Shown: piece after piece, positions 45,823 to 55,282 of the stretch | How the letters are laid out: each line of letters begins with the position of its first letter | How positions within the stretch are numbered: the first letter of the stretch is position 1 | IMG/VR virus record: IMGVR_UViG_3300031555_005762 | Span: 1-64,000 of that record | DNA from: a virus | Lineage: Duplodnaviria > Caudoviricetes | Reading direction: 5' to 3' (one strand) | DNA length: 64,000 nt | Made by a program: the position numbers and the translations under genes | Notes under the pieces: generated by a model | Databases searched by the model: none | Seen by the model: only the letters and a program-made list of their open reading frames with translations | Told to the model about the DNA's origin: nothing

Positions 45823-45858
45823 ACAAAAAACCCCTTTCGTTCGTGGCTATGTAACTGC

Positions 45859-45887
45859 ATTATACCACAAAACGATTGGGGTGTCAA
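45859..45887 (-). promoter_or_regulatory. SigmaA promoter TTGACA-17-TATAAT
   Basis: Perfect consensus upstream of the RHH gene. Confidence 0.9.
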
Positions 45888-45890
45888 GAT

Positions 45891-46298
45891 TTATCGAGTT
45901 GCTCTGTGTTGTTCCTCTATAAGAACCTGTGTAGTGGATTTGCAGAAGAATTTGCATTTTGCATCATATGCAGGTTTGGGAACTTCTGCCATTCGAGTAT
46001 AATTCCGGTAAGTTTCCGGATACCTCTTTCGTGATTCTGCCGTGGCAGCGTTCTGTTCTGCTGTAATGCGGCGAAATTCGCGGTTCAAGTCTTTCGTAAA
46101 GGAAGAATTTTCTTCAAATTTTTCCCATTTTCCGCCTATAAGTTTGAAGACGCGCGTGGTGTCCATTGCCGGGCTTTTGTACCCGGTAGAAATAAACGGG
46201 TATTTTTTACAAAATCCATAGAAACAGCCCGTTGGTACGGTTATACCGTAAAATCTGACTGTCTCCATTTGATCGGCGTACTTTATATATCCTTGCAT
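45891..46298 (-). CDS. Basic hypothetical protein
   Basis: Start MQGYIKY with RBS. Confidence 0.7.
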   Translation of the reverse strand: MQGYIKYADQMETVRFYGITVPTGCFYGFCKKYPFISTGYKSPAMDTTRVFKLIGGKWEKFEENSSFTKDLNREFRRITAEQNAATAESRKRYPETYRNYTRMAEVPKPAYDAKCKFFCKSTTQVLIEEQHRATR

Positions 46299-46350
46299 AG
46301 TATTTCCCTTCCTGGTGTGGCGGCACTGAACAAATGTTTTTTTAGTGGGC

Positions 46351-46378
46351 AAAAAGAAAAACGCCCTTTTGGGCGTTC
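46351..46378 (-). terminator. Rho-independent terminator
   Basis: AACGCCC-AAAA-GGGCGTT followed by TTTCTTTTT. Confidence 0.8.
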
Positions 46379-46381
46379 TCT

Positions 46382-47047
46382 TTATGCGGCTTTTTCTGCC
46401 TTTGCATTTTCCGCGGCTACAATCGCGGCGGCTTCAGATGTGGCGCTGTTTTCAGCTTCCTTTTTCTTTGCGGCGGCTTCCTGTTTTGCTTTTTGGGCGG
46501 CTTTCTGTGCTTCCTTGCGTGCGGCTTTTGCGGCGGCTTTTTCGGCGGCGTATTGTTCTGCGGTCTTGCCAACTTTCCCCATCTGTCTATCATACAGATA
46601 ACGTTCAACTTCCCGCCGTGCCGTTTGTTCCCCCTTGATGCAATCGAAAACATCAACAGCATTTCCGTTTTCGTCTTTTTCCGCCTTTGTTGCGGTCAAA
46701 CGGATTGCAAGCAATTCCGGCTCGTTCTCCCCGTTCGGGAAGGTGAAGCCGGCAAAACTGCGGATATCTGCAAGCGCAGAATAAATACCGGAAACAGCGG
46801 CTTTTTTTGCGGCGGCGGCGTCTTCTTGCAAAATTTTTTCGCCCATAATGGCGGCGTTGCTATCTGCCTGCATTGCAGATACATAACCGGAAACGGCGGA
46901 AACCAGTGCGGAAACGTACGCTTTCCATGCGGTCATAGTTGCGGAGTCCATTCCGGTTGCTTTTGCGTTGATAGCCTTACGCATGGGTGCGGCGGCGATG
47001 ATTGCAGCCAGTACAGAAGTGTTTCTAACGATGGTCTTGTTTTCCAT
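46382..47047 (-). CDS. Ala/Lys-rich protein, first gene of the leftward arm
   Basis: Start MENKTI; C-terminal AAEKAAAKAARKEAQKAAQKAK low-complexity helix. Confidence 0.8.
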   Translation of the reverse strand: MENKTIVRNTSVLAAIIAAAPMRKAINAKATGMDSATMTAWKAYVSALVSAVSGYVSAMQADSNAAIMGEKILQEDAAAAKKAAVSGIYSALADIRSFAGFTFPNGENEPELLAIRLTATKAEKDENGNAVDVFDCIKGEQTARREVERYLYDRQMGKVGKTAEQYAAEKAAAKAARKEAQKAAQKAKQEAAAKKKEAENSATSEAAAIVAAENAKAEKAA

Positions 47048-47394
47048 GGTAAATTCTCCATTTCTAAAATATAAAATATATGCTTTACGCATTCCCCCCG
47101 GTACAATAAACTTGTACCGGGTAGAACGTGCAATGCACGTATTTTATGTACGGTTTGCGGCTGTCATTCTTGCGGCGTGTTACCTATCGGGCACGTCCCT
47201 GCCGTGTGTGTGCGGCGGTACTGACAGCAATTAGTATACAGTTGTCAACGAACGCTCACGTTCTACAATGTTACAACGCAAGTTAATGCTACATTGATAG
47301 AGCTTTGTCGGATGGGCGGCGTCTGCGGCGGCGTGTCGGCTTTATCCGGTACAGGCGGCAGCAGTCGGAACATGGTAGTACCATGTACGATTGT

Positions 47395-47423
47395 ATTATA
47401 ACACATGGTAATACCATTGTCAA
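47395..47423 (-). promoter_or_regulatory. SigmaA promoter TTGACA-17-TATAAT overlapped by two ATGGTA-N-TACCAT palindromes (47372-47384, 47405-47417)
   Basis: Read directly. Confidence 0.88.
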
Positions 47424-47499
47424 TAGGTTTTTGAAAATTTTTTTTAGATTTTTTTGGCGACCTGTACCCTTCCCCATGAGATACCCTGACACGCTGCCG

Positions 47500-48590
47500 A
47501 CACTGCTATATACTTTTGTTTATAGTCTGCCTGGCTGTAATCCTATCAAACATCCCCTGACCATGTCACACGGACAGAAGACGAACAATTGTTCTATTCT
47601 GCGGTCAGACTGGACCATTACTATATACATATGTCTATAGGTTGTTTTCTGTATATAATAATGAAGGAAACTATACAGCAGGATAGATATATACTATTGT
47701 ATACAGTCTACCCGTCCGGGGGAATCCGCCTGTATACTCCTGTATATAGTACAGCCATACTGTAAATCCTATTGGAATTGTAGGTATTGTATATTTCCTA
47801 TTGGTGCAGTAGGAGAAAAGAGGATTGGTTAATTCATAGGGGAATGATAGGGATCGATGTACAAATGGAGAGAAAAGTGTGAGACAATTGTAAGCGGTCT
47901 ATAGAAATAGACCACTTTTCGACGTATGCAAAATATCCGAAAATAGTTTACCGCTAAACTGTTATCCCCAATAAAATATTTCCGTCAATTGCAACAAATT
48001 CTGGTTTATCCGGTAATAACTCATTTATGACTTTTGACTTTATGTAGATAGAACCGTTTCAAACAGCCTGTAAAGCCCCACGGGGGAGGATAACATAAAA
48101 CACTGTCCAATATATCCCCGTCCCTCTGGTTAGCTGTTCCCTCTCGATCTTCCTACCCTTTAAAACTTTTCCATCCTACACTCTTCCACCCTCTCCTAAA
48201 CCAGTATTTCGGCTATATTCTAATTTAGGATGTATAAAACCTATGTATAATTAAAATCCTGTAAAAGAAAAATATTTAATTAGATATATATCTAAAAATA
48301 TAGAAATACTTTGATTCTGTAGAGGAAACTATAGTTTTTCATGGCCCGGGGAGGGCCTTTACATAAGAATGAATAAGGACTACTTCCCTTCTGTTGGACG
48401 GCTTACAGTTACAGAAAATCAATACTGATCTTTATTTTTGTACAGGAAGCTGACAGAACTGGAGTGTAACTATCCTGTAAAAAGAAAAAGAGCCCCCACC
48501 GGGCTCAAATAGTAGTATAGGCAGCTGACAGACCGTTTGTTCTACTTCACTTAAAGTATTTACAATTAGTTCATAAATAAGCGGTTATCA
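47500..48590. other. AT-rich non-coding divergence region with short repeats (candidate origin, packaging or terminal region)
   Basis: No ORFs; clustered TATACAG/CTGTATA, CCTATTGG x2, TCCTGTAAAA x2 and GCTGACAGA x2. Confidence 0.45.
48481..48507 (-). terminator. Leftward rho-independent terminator
   Basis: GAGCCC/GGGCTC stem followed by TTTTTCTTTT on the minus strand. Confidence 0.65.
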
Positions 48591-48594
48591 GCTA

Positions 48595-48623
48595 TTGCAA
48601 AACCAAAAGAACTGTGGTATAAT
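48595..48623 (+). promoter_or_regulatory. Rightward sigmaA promoter TTGCAA-17-TATAAT (TG extended), followed by a GAAGTAGTTACCA element at 48642-48657
   Basis: Read directly. Confidence 0.8.
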
Positions 48624-49013
48624 ACAATCACAGCAAACAGCAAAGAAGTAGTTACCAATGTTTTATTGTCCAATCTTTTGCACAGGAACTCTTCCGGAGA
48701 GCTGCGAAGCTGCTCGGAGGAATTCAATAAAATAAGGGTACCTTATTATCGTTTCTCTTTTAAGGCTTCGGGTTTTTCGACCCCTCGTTTGGATAGAGGG
48801 AATCTACCTATTCTTCGGGTGCCAATTTTCATTTTACACCAACTTCTGGCGTAGAATTGGAGCTGGTTGTCATCTTTGGGGAGATTCCGATTGACAGTTC
48901 GGTCAGGTATACTCTGACTAAAGTGCCAATCCAAAGATTCCTTCTACAGACACTAAATTTTACACCAGGTCGGCAGATTTTACACCAGTAGATTTCAACA
49001 ACAGGAGGTACAT

Positions 49014-50273
49014 ATGACACAACCAGAGGTTCTGGTATGCGACGTCATGATGGGCGGCGGCAAAACGTCAGCGGCCATAGAATACATGAAGGAGGTGGTC
49101 AACCACGAGCGGATAGTATACGCCACTCCGTTACTGGATGAAGGAGACCGGATTGTCAGCGGCAGCCCAGTTAGTAAGTTCATTACGCCGACGGATGAAA
49201 TACATTCCGCCAAACATGTTCACCTTGCTTATCTCTTATCCGAGAAGAAAAACGTAGCGATCAGCCACAAGCTTTTTGATTACTTTACCCCGGATATAGA
49301 TCGTCGTGTACAGGAAGGTGAGTATACCCTACTTATAGATGAGGCTATGAATGGACTGGTAGAAGTCAGGAACGTCCACAACGATTATGACGCATCTGAC
49401 CTACAGGAGGCAGAACGGATAGGTTATCTGACCCGCCGTGAGGACGGAACTACGGCGTGGGCAGATGACAAGTATGTTGGATCATACTATTCAAATCTGC
49501 GGCAGGCATGTGATACCGGTAAGCTTGACATGGAAGACGGTACCTACATATATGAGTATGACCCGGCACACTTCTTATCCTTTCGCAAGATCATCATCAT
49601 GACGTATATGTTTGAGTTTCAGCCGATGAGATACTACTTCGATATGAACAACATCAATTATACTTACATCGGTGTGAAGAATGATAACGGAAAGTATCGA
49701 TTCTGTAACTCTTTCGTAAACATTCCAAGTGCGTCAAATTTGCGCGACCGTATAACGATTGAAAAAGGCAAGATCAACAATATCGGTATGGAACCGAGTG
49801 CATTATCCTATAGCTGGTGTGAGAAAAATAGGAATGACGAAGAGGTGATGAAGCAGCTCTATAGAAACATTTACAATTTTCACCGAAATCGATGTAATGC
49901 CGGTGCCGACCAAATGATTTGGACTTCGTACAAGTTGCTGAAAGAACAGCTCGAAAACAGGCACTACAGGGATGGGTTCGTTCCGTGTACAGCAAAAGCT
50001 ACGAATAAGTATATTAAGTATCCGTATGCGGCATATTGCGTGAATCGGTATATGAATCCCGTGCTGTTAAACTACTATACCTCACGCGGTTGTGAAGTGA
50101 ATGCCGACGGATACGCCTTATCCGAGATGGTGCAGTGGGTCTGGCGGTCGGCTATTCGAGACGGAGAGAGCAGCATCCGGCTGTATGTGCCGTCGAGCAG
50201 AATGCGAAGACTGTTTACAGGATGGCTTGAAGATTTAGCAGCCGGTGGTCACGGCGGAGAATGTTGTAAATAA
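49014..50273 (+). CDS. SF2 helicase-like protein
   Basis: DVMMGGGKTS Walker A, LLIDEAM Walker B, ATNKY, QWVWRSAIR.G motif VI-like. Confidence 0.8.
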   Translation: MTQPEVLVCDVMMGGGKTSAAIEYMKEVVNHERIVYATPLLDEGDRIVSGSPVSKFITPTDEIHSAKHVHLAYLLSEKKNVAISHKLFDYFTPDIDRRVQEGEYTLLIDEAMNGLVEVRNVHNDYDASDLQEAERIGYLTRREDGTTAWADDKYVGSYYSNLRQACDTGKLDMEDGTYIYEYDPAHFLSFRKIIIMTYMFEFQPMRYYFDMNNINYTYIGVKNDNGKYRFCNSFVNIPSASNLRDRITIEKGKINNIGMEPSALSYSWCEKNRNDEEVMKQLYRNIYNFHRNRCNAGADQMIWTSYKLLKEQLENRHYRDGFVPCTAKATNKYIKYPYAAYCVNRYMNPVLLNYYTSRGCEVNADGYALSEMVQWVWRSAIRDGESSIRLYVPSSRMRRLFTGWLEDLAAGGHGGECCK

Positions 50274-50280
50274 GGAGTAT

Positions 50281-51273
50281 ATGATGAACAAAATTACATT
50301 GCATCTCACAGAAGAGGAAAGCAGGATTTATGGTTATGGTCTCGTTCCATACAGGGAAATGATTCATCCAAGCGGAGAATTTCTTCTGGATCCGCCGGAA
50401 CAATGGACTCTTAGAGGGCAGCTTATAGAACAGTATGAAGCTAAGATCTGCTGGGAGACGCTGGACAGTCTGCTGACAGACGATTCATATCGGTTCGACG
50501 GAACGGATCTGGTTATTGATCCGATAGTAGCATTGTTCATGTTGCTGAAGCTGTTTGATGCTTATTACACAATGGCATTTACATACGACGTAAAGCAAGT
50601 GCAGAAGGAAACCCGAGCAGATTTGAAAAAGAACTATGAGTCAAATGACCCTAATGCGGACTGGTATTTAGAAAGAGCTATGAGTTCCAGGACTTCCTTG
50701 CAGGACTATGCTTGTGTGTTGTATGACAGATTAAGCAATGGGTATCATGCCGTACTGCGTGGTGCCGTTGAAGAGATCGATGAGTATGCTTTAGGAAAGG
50801 CCATATTCTCTACGCCAGAAGAATTAAGCGTAGAAGCACCTCTGTATGAGTTTAGAGAAGTTCATGCACTTATATATGAGTTAAATCCAGTGATGCGCCT
50901 ATTAGATAAATTTATTCATGACGATTTATCTATCGATGGTGCGGTAGAGGAAGGAACTCTTACGTACTTGTATCTAGCAACAAAGTGGGAACTCATGGAT
51001 AAATACCTGGAACATATTCTGGATTGTAGAGAAGCGGTTGATGTCATGACTCACTTCTACTTTACAAAAGAATCCCGTCGGATGGAGTATGGCGATCTTT
51101 ACGCTGATCCTATTGAATTTCAGGCAGAATGGGAAGATTATCGCCGGCGGCTGGAGGAAATGATGGATGATGTAAAGCCGATGCGATTGGAATACGAGAA
51201 GCAGGTTCTGGATTCTATATACGACAAGTTGGCTGCAGCGATCGATGATGCGCTTGGAGAATCACATTCATGA
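50281..51273 (+). CDS. Acidic all-helical hypothetical protein
   Basis: About 330 aa ORF with AAGGAG RBS. Confidence 0.75.
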   Translation: MMNKITLHLTEEESRIYGYGLVPYREMIHPSGEFLLDPPEQWTLRGQLIEQYEAKICWETLDSLLTDDSYRFDGTDLVIDPIVALFMLLKLFDAYYTMAFTYDVKQVQKETRADLKKNYESNDPNADWYLERAMSSRTSLQDYACVLYDRLSNGYHAVLRGAVEEIDEYALGKAIFSTPEELSVEAPLYEFREVHALIYELNPVMRLLDKFIHDDLSIDGAVEEGTLTYLYLATKWELMDKYLEHILDCREAVDVMTHFYFTKESRRMEYGDLYADPIEFQAEWEDYRRRLEEMMDDVKPMRLEYEKQVLDSIYDKLAAAIDDALGESHS

Positions 51274-51328
51274 AGGGTATCGGTCTTCCGGACTGATTTA
51301 TCCTATATATAAGAAAGAAAGGGACAAT

Positions 51329-52072
51329 ATGGAAACTATTGTAGTAAACATCTTTGGTGTCCCCGGGGCTGGTAAATCCACCGGGGCTGCCTATGTATTC
51401 GCTGCACTGAAGATGCAGGGAGTCAATGCCGAACTGGTGACGGAGTATGCGAAGGACAAGGTTTGGGAAGAAAACAATGAAGCTTTTAAGAATCAGGCGT
51501 TTCTGTTCGGAAAGCAGTCATATCGTATGAGCCGGTGCGCCGGTAAGGTAGATGTGATTGTAACGGACTCGCCGCTGCCGCTGAGTATCCTGTACAACAA
51601 TGATCCGCGACTGACGGAGAATTTTAACCGGTCGGTCATGGATGTGTTTAACTCTTACCGGAATATGAATTTCTTCCTGAACAGAACGAAACCGTATAAT
51701 CCTGCCGGGCGGCTGCAGACAGAAGAGGAGTCTGATGCTCTGGCTGAACCGTTACAGAATCTTCTGAGTAACCGGGGAATACTTTACAAAGAAGCTCCTG
51801 GTGACAAGCAAGGGTATGACTGGATCGTACAGGAAGTGATTGAGGCTATGAAGCCTGTTGTAAAGATGCCGGAGATCTCGGCGGAAGATGTTCTGTATTT
51901 ACGTGGCAAGATCTGCCAAGCGATGGATTGTGACTCTTGTCCTCTTGAGGAAGGAATGGATTGTGATGACGTTCTGGTAAATGAACCTCCTATGGCGGTA
52001 CAAAGACTTGTGCGTTGGGGGCTTGATCGTGGAATTCTGCAAGAGTGCGATGGCAAGGTGTTCAGATTATGA
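51329..52072 (+). CDS. AAA/NadR-type P-loop ATPase or kinase
   Basis: GVPGAGKST, ELVTEYAKD, IVTDSPL, YNPAGRLQ. Confidence 0.82.
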   Translation: METIVVNIFGVPGAGKSTGAAYVFAALKMQGVNAELVTEYAKDKVWEENNEAFKNQAFLFGKQSYRMSRCAGKVDVIVTDSPLPLSILYNNDPRLTENFNRSVMDVFNSYRNMNFFLNRTKPYNPAGRLQTEEESDALAEPLQNLLSNRGILYKEAPGDKQGYDWIVQEVIEAMKPVVKMPEISAEDVLYLRGKICQAMDCDSCPLEEGMDCDDVLVNEPPMAVQRLVRWGLDRGILQECDGKVFRL

Positions 52073-52272
52073 GAGCTAAAAATATAACGTGGGATCATGT
52101 TACCAAAGAATATGTCGGCCTGCCGTTGTTCCAAAGATGGTGTAATTTGAACTCCTGCTGTGAGGAATGCGATGCTAAGGTTCGGTTCTGGTGCAGAGTG
52201 AAGAGCAAGATAACGGAACATCAGGAAAAGCTGATCCGGCGGATTTTAAACAAACGGGCTATTAAGAAATGA
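52069..52272 (+). CDS. Small Cys-containing protein
   Basis: Start MRAKNI. Confidence 0.6.
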   Translation: MRAKNITWDHVTKEYVGLPLFQRWCNLNSCCEECDAKVRFWCRVKSKITEHQEKLIRRILNKRAIKK

Positions 52273-52281
52273 GGGACTGCA

Positions 52282-52515
52282 ATGACAAAGAAAGAATACA
52301 TATTGATGATGACAGAAGATGGCACTGTCGGCGGGAGAGATATTGCTACCCGGCGGGTACAGTGTGACTTTTTACCTCTCGTTGGAGAAAAGATAAAGGT
52401 AACCAAAGGGAGTGTGGTCTGTGTCGGAGAGGTGACGAGAATTGTTCATTCTATTGATGAAGACAACATTGCCGACGTTTTTGTAATCTGTAAATTTGTT
52501 GGAACGAGGTTATAA
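52282..52515 (+). CDS. Hypothetical protein
   Basis: 77 aa ORF. Confidence 0.65.
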   Translation: MTKKEYILMMTEDGTVGGRDIATRRVQCDFLPLVGEKIKVTKGSVVCVGEVTRIVHSIDEDNIADVFVICKFVGTRL

Positions 52516-52516
52516 T

Positions 52517-52906
52517 ATGAAGAGCGAAGGAATCAAGAAAGGTTTTGTACCGGAACATAAAGAAGCGAGTAGTTTCGGGGAATATATGTGTGACTTCTGG
52601 AATACAGAGCTTGGCTGCGGTAAAATCTATAACGGAACTGTTGAAGAAGCCAGCTATTCTCTGCCAGGAAGGGTTGTACATATCTGGATTTATGGAGACA
52701 GTTTGTCTATTACCCGTCTGATGGGGGATGGGTATTACATGGAATGGGTCAATGATGACGAGATGGCTCTGGAAAATACAGAATGGATGAAGACACTTGA
52801 TCTGATGCAGGTGCTGCGGTCATTCCCTGCTGATCCGTTTTCCGACATGGTCAAAAAGAAAACGGCAAAGATCCTGATTGCCGCCGGTGTTTTAAATGAG
52901 TGTTGA
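52517..52906 (+). CDS. Hypothetical protein
   Basis: Start MKSEG with RBS. Confidence 0.7.
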   Translation: MKSEGIKKGFVPEHKEASSFGEYMCDFWNTELGCGKIYNGTVEEASYSLPGRVVHIWIYGDSLSITRLMGDGYYMEWVNDDEMALENTEWMKTLDLMQVLRSFPADPFSDMVKKKTAKILIAAGVLNEC

Positions 52907-53615
52907 CAAAGCGATTCAGAAGTTCGGGAAGATCCGGGATGCTTTTGACCGGACGGTGAAGGTATTGGAGCTGCTCCGGGCAGCAGACTATCTGTACGAA
53001 AAAGACAAAGATTTTCTTGACAAAAAGCTGGATGATCTGAAGGTACGGGCGGAAGAAATTCGTATAGAAGAACTGAAAAAACCGCAATATACTCCGCCGC
53101 CAACGAAGCTCAGCAGTGATAAAGCTGATAATCTTGCTTTCGGTGCTGCTTTGGACGACAGTCGGGATGAGCTTCGTAAGGGTATAGAATCTATGTACCG
53201 TAGCTCCCCAGGGCTTACGGTTGCCCTTAAGTCCGTATTGTCTGAATTGGATTCGGTCTCCAGTCACGTTACAGATGCACGGATATATGCGAATGATGGA
53301 ATGTGTCTTCATGCAGAGGGGCTGAATCCGCTGAGGGAGGTAAAGACTGCGGAACCGGCTACATCTTCTTCTCATGATTTTCTCGGCGATTATTGGTGGT
53401 ATGACTTAAAACCCGGAGATATCGTTCATTGCGTGGACGAGCAGCGTAATTATCACACATTGTCTGTTATCAGAAATGATAGGGATGAGATGTGTTTGAG
53501 AGATCATTATAGCGGAATATCTTCATTGTGGAGAGTCGGAGCTATAATGTCGTATCTCGCACCGAAGAGAGAAATGCTGAAAGACAAACATCCTGTCGAT
53601 ATGAGATTTTTGTAA
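52896..53615 (+). CDS. Hypothetical protein
   Basis: 239 aa ORF. Confidence 0.75.
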   Translation: MSVDKAIQKFGKIRDAFDRTVKVLELLRAADYLYEKDKDFLDKKLDDLKVRAEEIRIEELKKPQYTPPPTKLSSDKADNLAFGAALDDSRDELRKGIESMYRSSPGLTVALKSVLSELDSVSSHVTDARIYANDGMCLHAEGLNPLREVKTAEPATSSSHDFLGDYWWYDLKPGDIVHCVDEQRNYHTLSVIRNDRDEMCLRDHYSGISSLWRVGAIMSYLAPKREMLKDKHPVDMRFL

Positions 53616-53619
53616 GGAA

Positions 53620-54132
53620 GTGGTTGAAATGAATCTGGATAAGATTGCTTTTGTACTGGAAAACTGTGACGTTATTGAAATTCCCGGCAAGTATGTTGGG
53701 GAGTGCTGGGCGGAAATTACGAAGACAAGAATAGGACGGATAGCCAGTAATGCATATGGCGAAGAACAGATCTGTGAATCATTTGTTCTTGAGCTTTATC
53801 GCGGCGCTGAACGGGTACGACATCCATTCGACGATCCGAGCATTTTAAAGACGCATACTGTATTTGAGCGTTTATCTTTCGGCGACATCACATCTATTTG
53901 CATGACTGTAGACGGTGTAGAAAAACGATTCACTGTTCCTTGGCGTTCTGATGACGGTGTAGAGAATCGATATCAAACATCCAAGGTTGGTAAAAGCGGT
54001 CATCTTTACATAACGATTTCCGAGAAGTCGATTTTTGACGAAGTTTTCCCGACGGATATTATTGATGATCTTGCAGCTAATGATCTTTTGATGCGGCTGT
54101 ATGGCAGAGGCAAGGAATTTCAGGAGGATTAA
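53620..54132 (+). CDS. Conserved phage protein
   Basis: FVLENC.VI...NRYQT....G.LYI.I. Confidence 0.75.
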   Translation: MVEMNLDKIAFVLENCDVIEIPGKYVGECWAEITKTRIGRIASNAYGEEQICESFVLELYRGAERVRHPFDDPSILKTHTVFERLSFGDITSICMTVDGVEKRFTVPWRSDDGVENRYQTSKVGKSGHLYITISEKSIFDEVFPTDIIDDLAANDLLMRLYGRGKEFQED

Positions 54133-54503
54133 TGGGCGACAAGAATTTTGAAGTGCAGTTTGTCAGTGGACTTACTGCCTATAACGAAGCTACCGGAGAA
54201 GAGGTGTTTCATATTCCCGGGGAGATATCACTGTCGGATGTTTATGTGGAGGATCCGGTGCCGAAGGAAGTTATTCGGTTTGAGCCACACGTAGAGATTT
54301 CCTTTACGGGAACCATGAAATGGTATCCAAAGGGGCTGTGTAAATCTGGTGCCTTTAAGGATGTCGCAATCAGCATGGTACAGGCTTATCTGCAGAATGG
54401 CGGGTCCCGGCGGGTTGCTCATCTCGCGCTATATGCCAGACGGTATCATGACCGTGTGAAGAATCTGACACGGGTTTATCGGTGCAATATGGGCGAAATT
54501 TAA
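54132..54503 (+). CDS. Hypothetical protein
   Basis: 123 aa ORF with TAATG coupling. Confidence 0.7.
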   Translation: MGDKNFEVQFVSGLTAYNEATGEEVFHIPGEISLSDVYVEDPVPKEVIRFEPHVEISFTGTMKWYPKGLCKSGAFKDVAISMVQAYLQNGGSRRVAHLALYARRYHDRVKNLTRVYRCNMGEI

Positions 54504-54572
54504 CGCTGAACCGGCGTAGGTTTTATTTTTTGCGCCTGTTTGTAAATTACAAAAGTAGAAAGTGGTGATTTT

Positions 54573-54806
54573 TTGGTGTACTTATATCGTGATAACGAAG
54601 ATGACGATCTTTTGGTGTCACAAAGCCGAGAATATGAATGGGAAGAAGAACTCCCTGAAGGTGTGTTCTCATATAGCTTTCTCGGAGAATTTAGTTCTCG
54701 TGACGAACTGTCGGAATTCTTGGAGTGTCTGCGAGGGGTCATTCCTGATAGACGTATCGATGCTGCCATGATGATTGCAGATTATATGAATGCCTGGGAG
54801 GTTTGA
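54573..54806 (+). CDS. Small acidic protein
   Basis: 77 aa ORF. Confidence 0.6.
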   Translation: MVYLYRDNEDDDLLVSQSREYEWEEELPEGVFSYSFLGEFSSRDELSEFLECLRGVIPDRRIDAAMMIADYMNAWEV

Positions 54807-55282
54807 TGGATACAAGAAAAATCGAAGCGGATCTGGCCGACCTGTATAAATACAAGAACCTGCCGGATTATCTGTCGCAGTTTTACAGAGAGCTGTATAG
54901 GAAAAACATACCTCATTTCCTCGTTTCAAGAGACGGCCCTATTTATCTGCATACATCACGCGGCACGATATTCTCTGAGGATTTCGATAGGATTGTTGTA
55001 GGAGACTATGGAGCGTTCATTGAGTTCTCTGCTCCGGCGGAACCAGATCTGTTCATTACACAGCCCGGGCAAGAATACAGAGAGAAGGAACCGTACAGGA
55101 AGAATGTCAAGTATCTCTGGCTGACCGTAGACGACGGCAGCGGGATCAAGATTTACAAGCAGCTTCGCGGCGTGACATATGCGGATTATGTACCGGGAAA
55201 ATATTATGTTAGCGTTCATGAGGTTCTTGGAACAAACATCAAGGAGGGTATAAATGATTCAGATTCGAAGAGGAGTCTTTGA
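54803..55282 (+). CDS. Conserved phage protein
   Basis: RIVVGDYGAFIEF, KYLWL, IYKQLRGVTYADY.PGKYYVS. Confidence 0.8.
   Translation: MMDTRKIEADLADLYKYKNLPDYLSQFYRELYRKNIPHFLVSRDGPIYLHTSRGTIFSEDFDRIVVGDYGAFIEFSAPAEPDLFITQPGQEYREKEPYRKNVKYLWLTVDDGSGIKIYKQLRGVTYADYVPGKYYVSVHEVLGTNIKEGINDSDSKRSL

Noticed and set aside
17-47000. Long plus-strand ORFs in the track (for example 4309-5940, 13803-15236, 16693-18072, 36121-37494)
   Set aside because: They are antisense shadows of well-supported minus-strand genes, with no RBS or motifs.
47289-47384. Arg-rich leader peptide (…PTRRRRRRPS…) as an arginine-sensing attenuator linked to ArgR
   Set aside because: Its ATG lies within a few nt of the predicted +1 with no RBS, and the Arg run is explained by GC-rich CGC repeats. 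Too weak to report.
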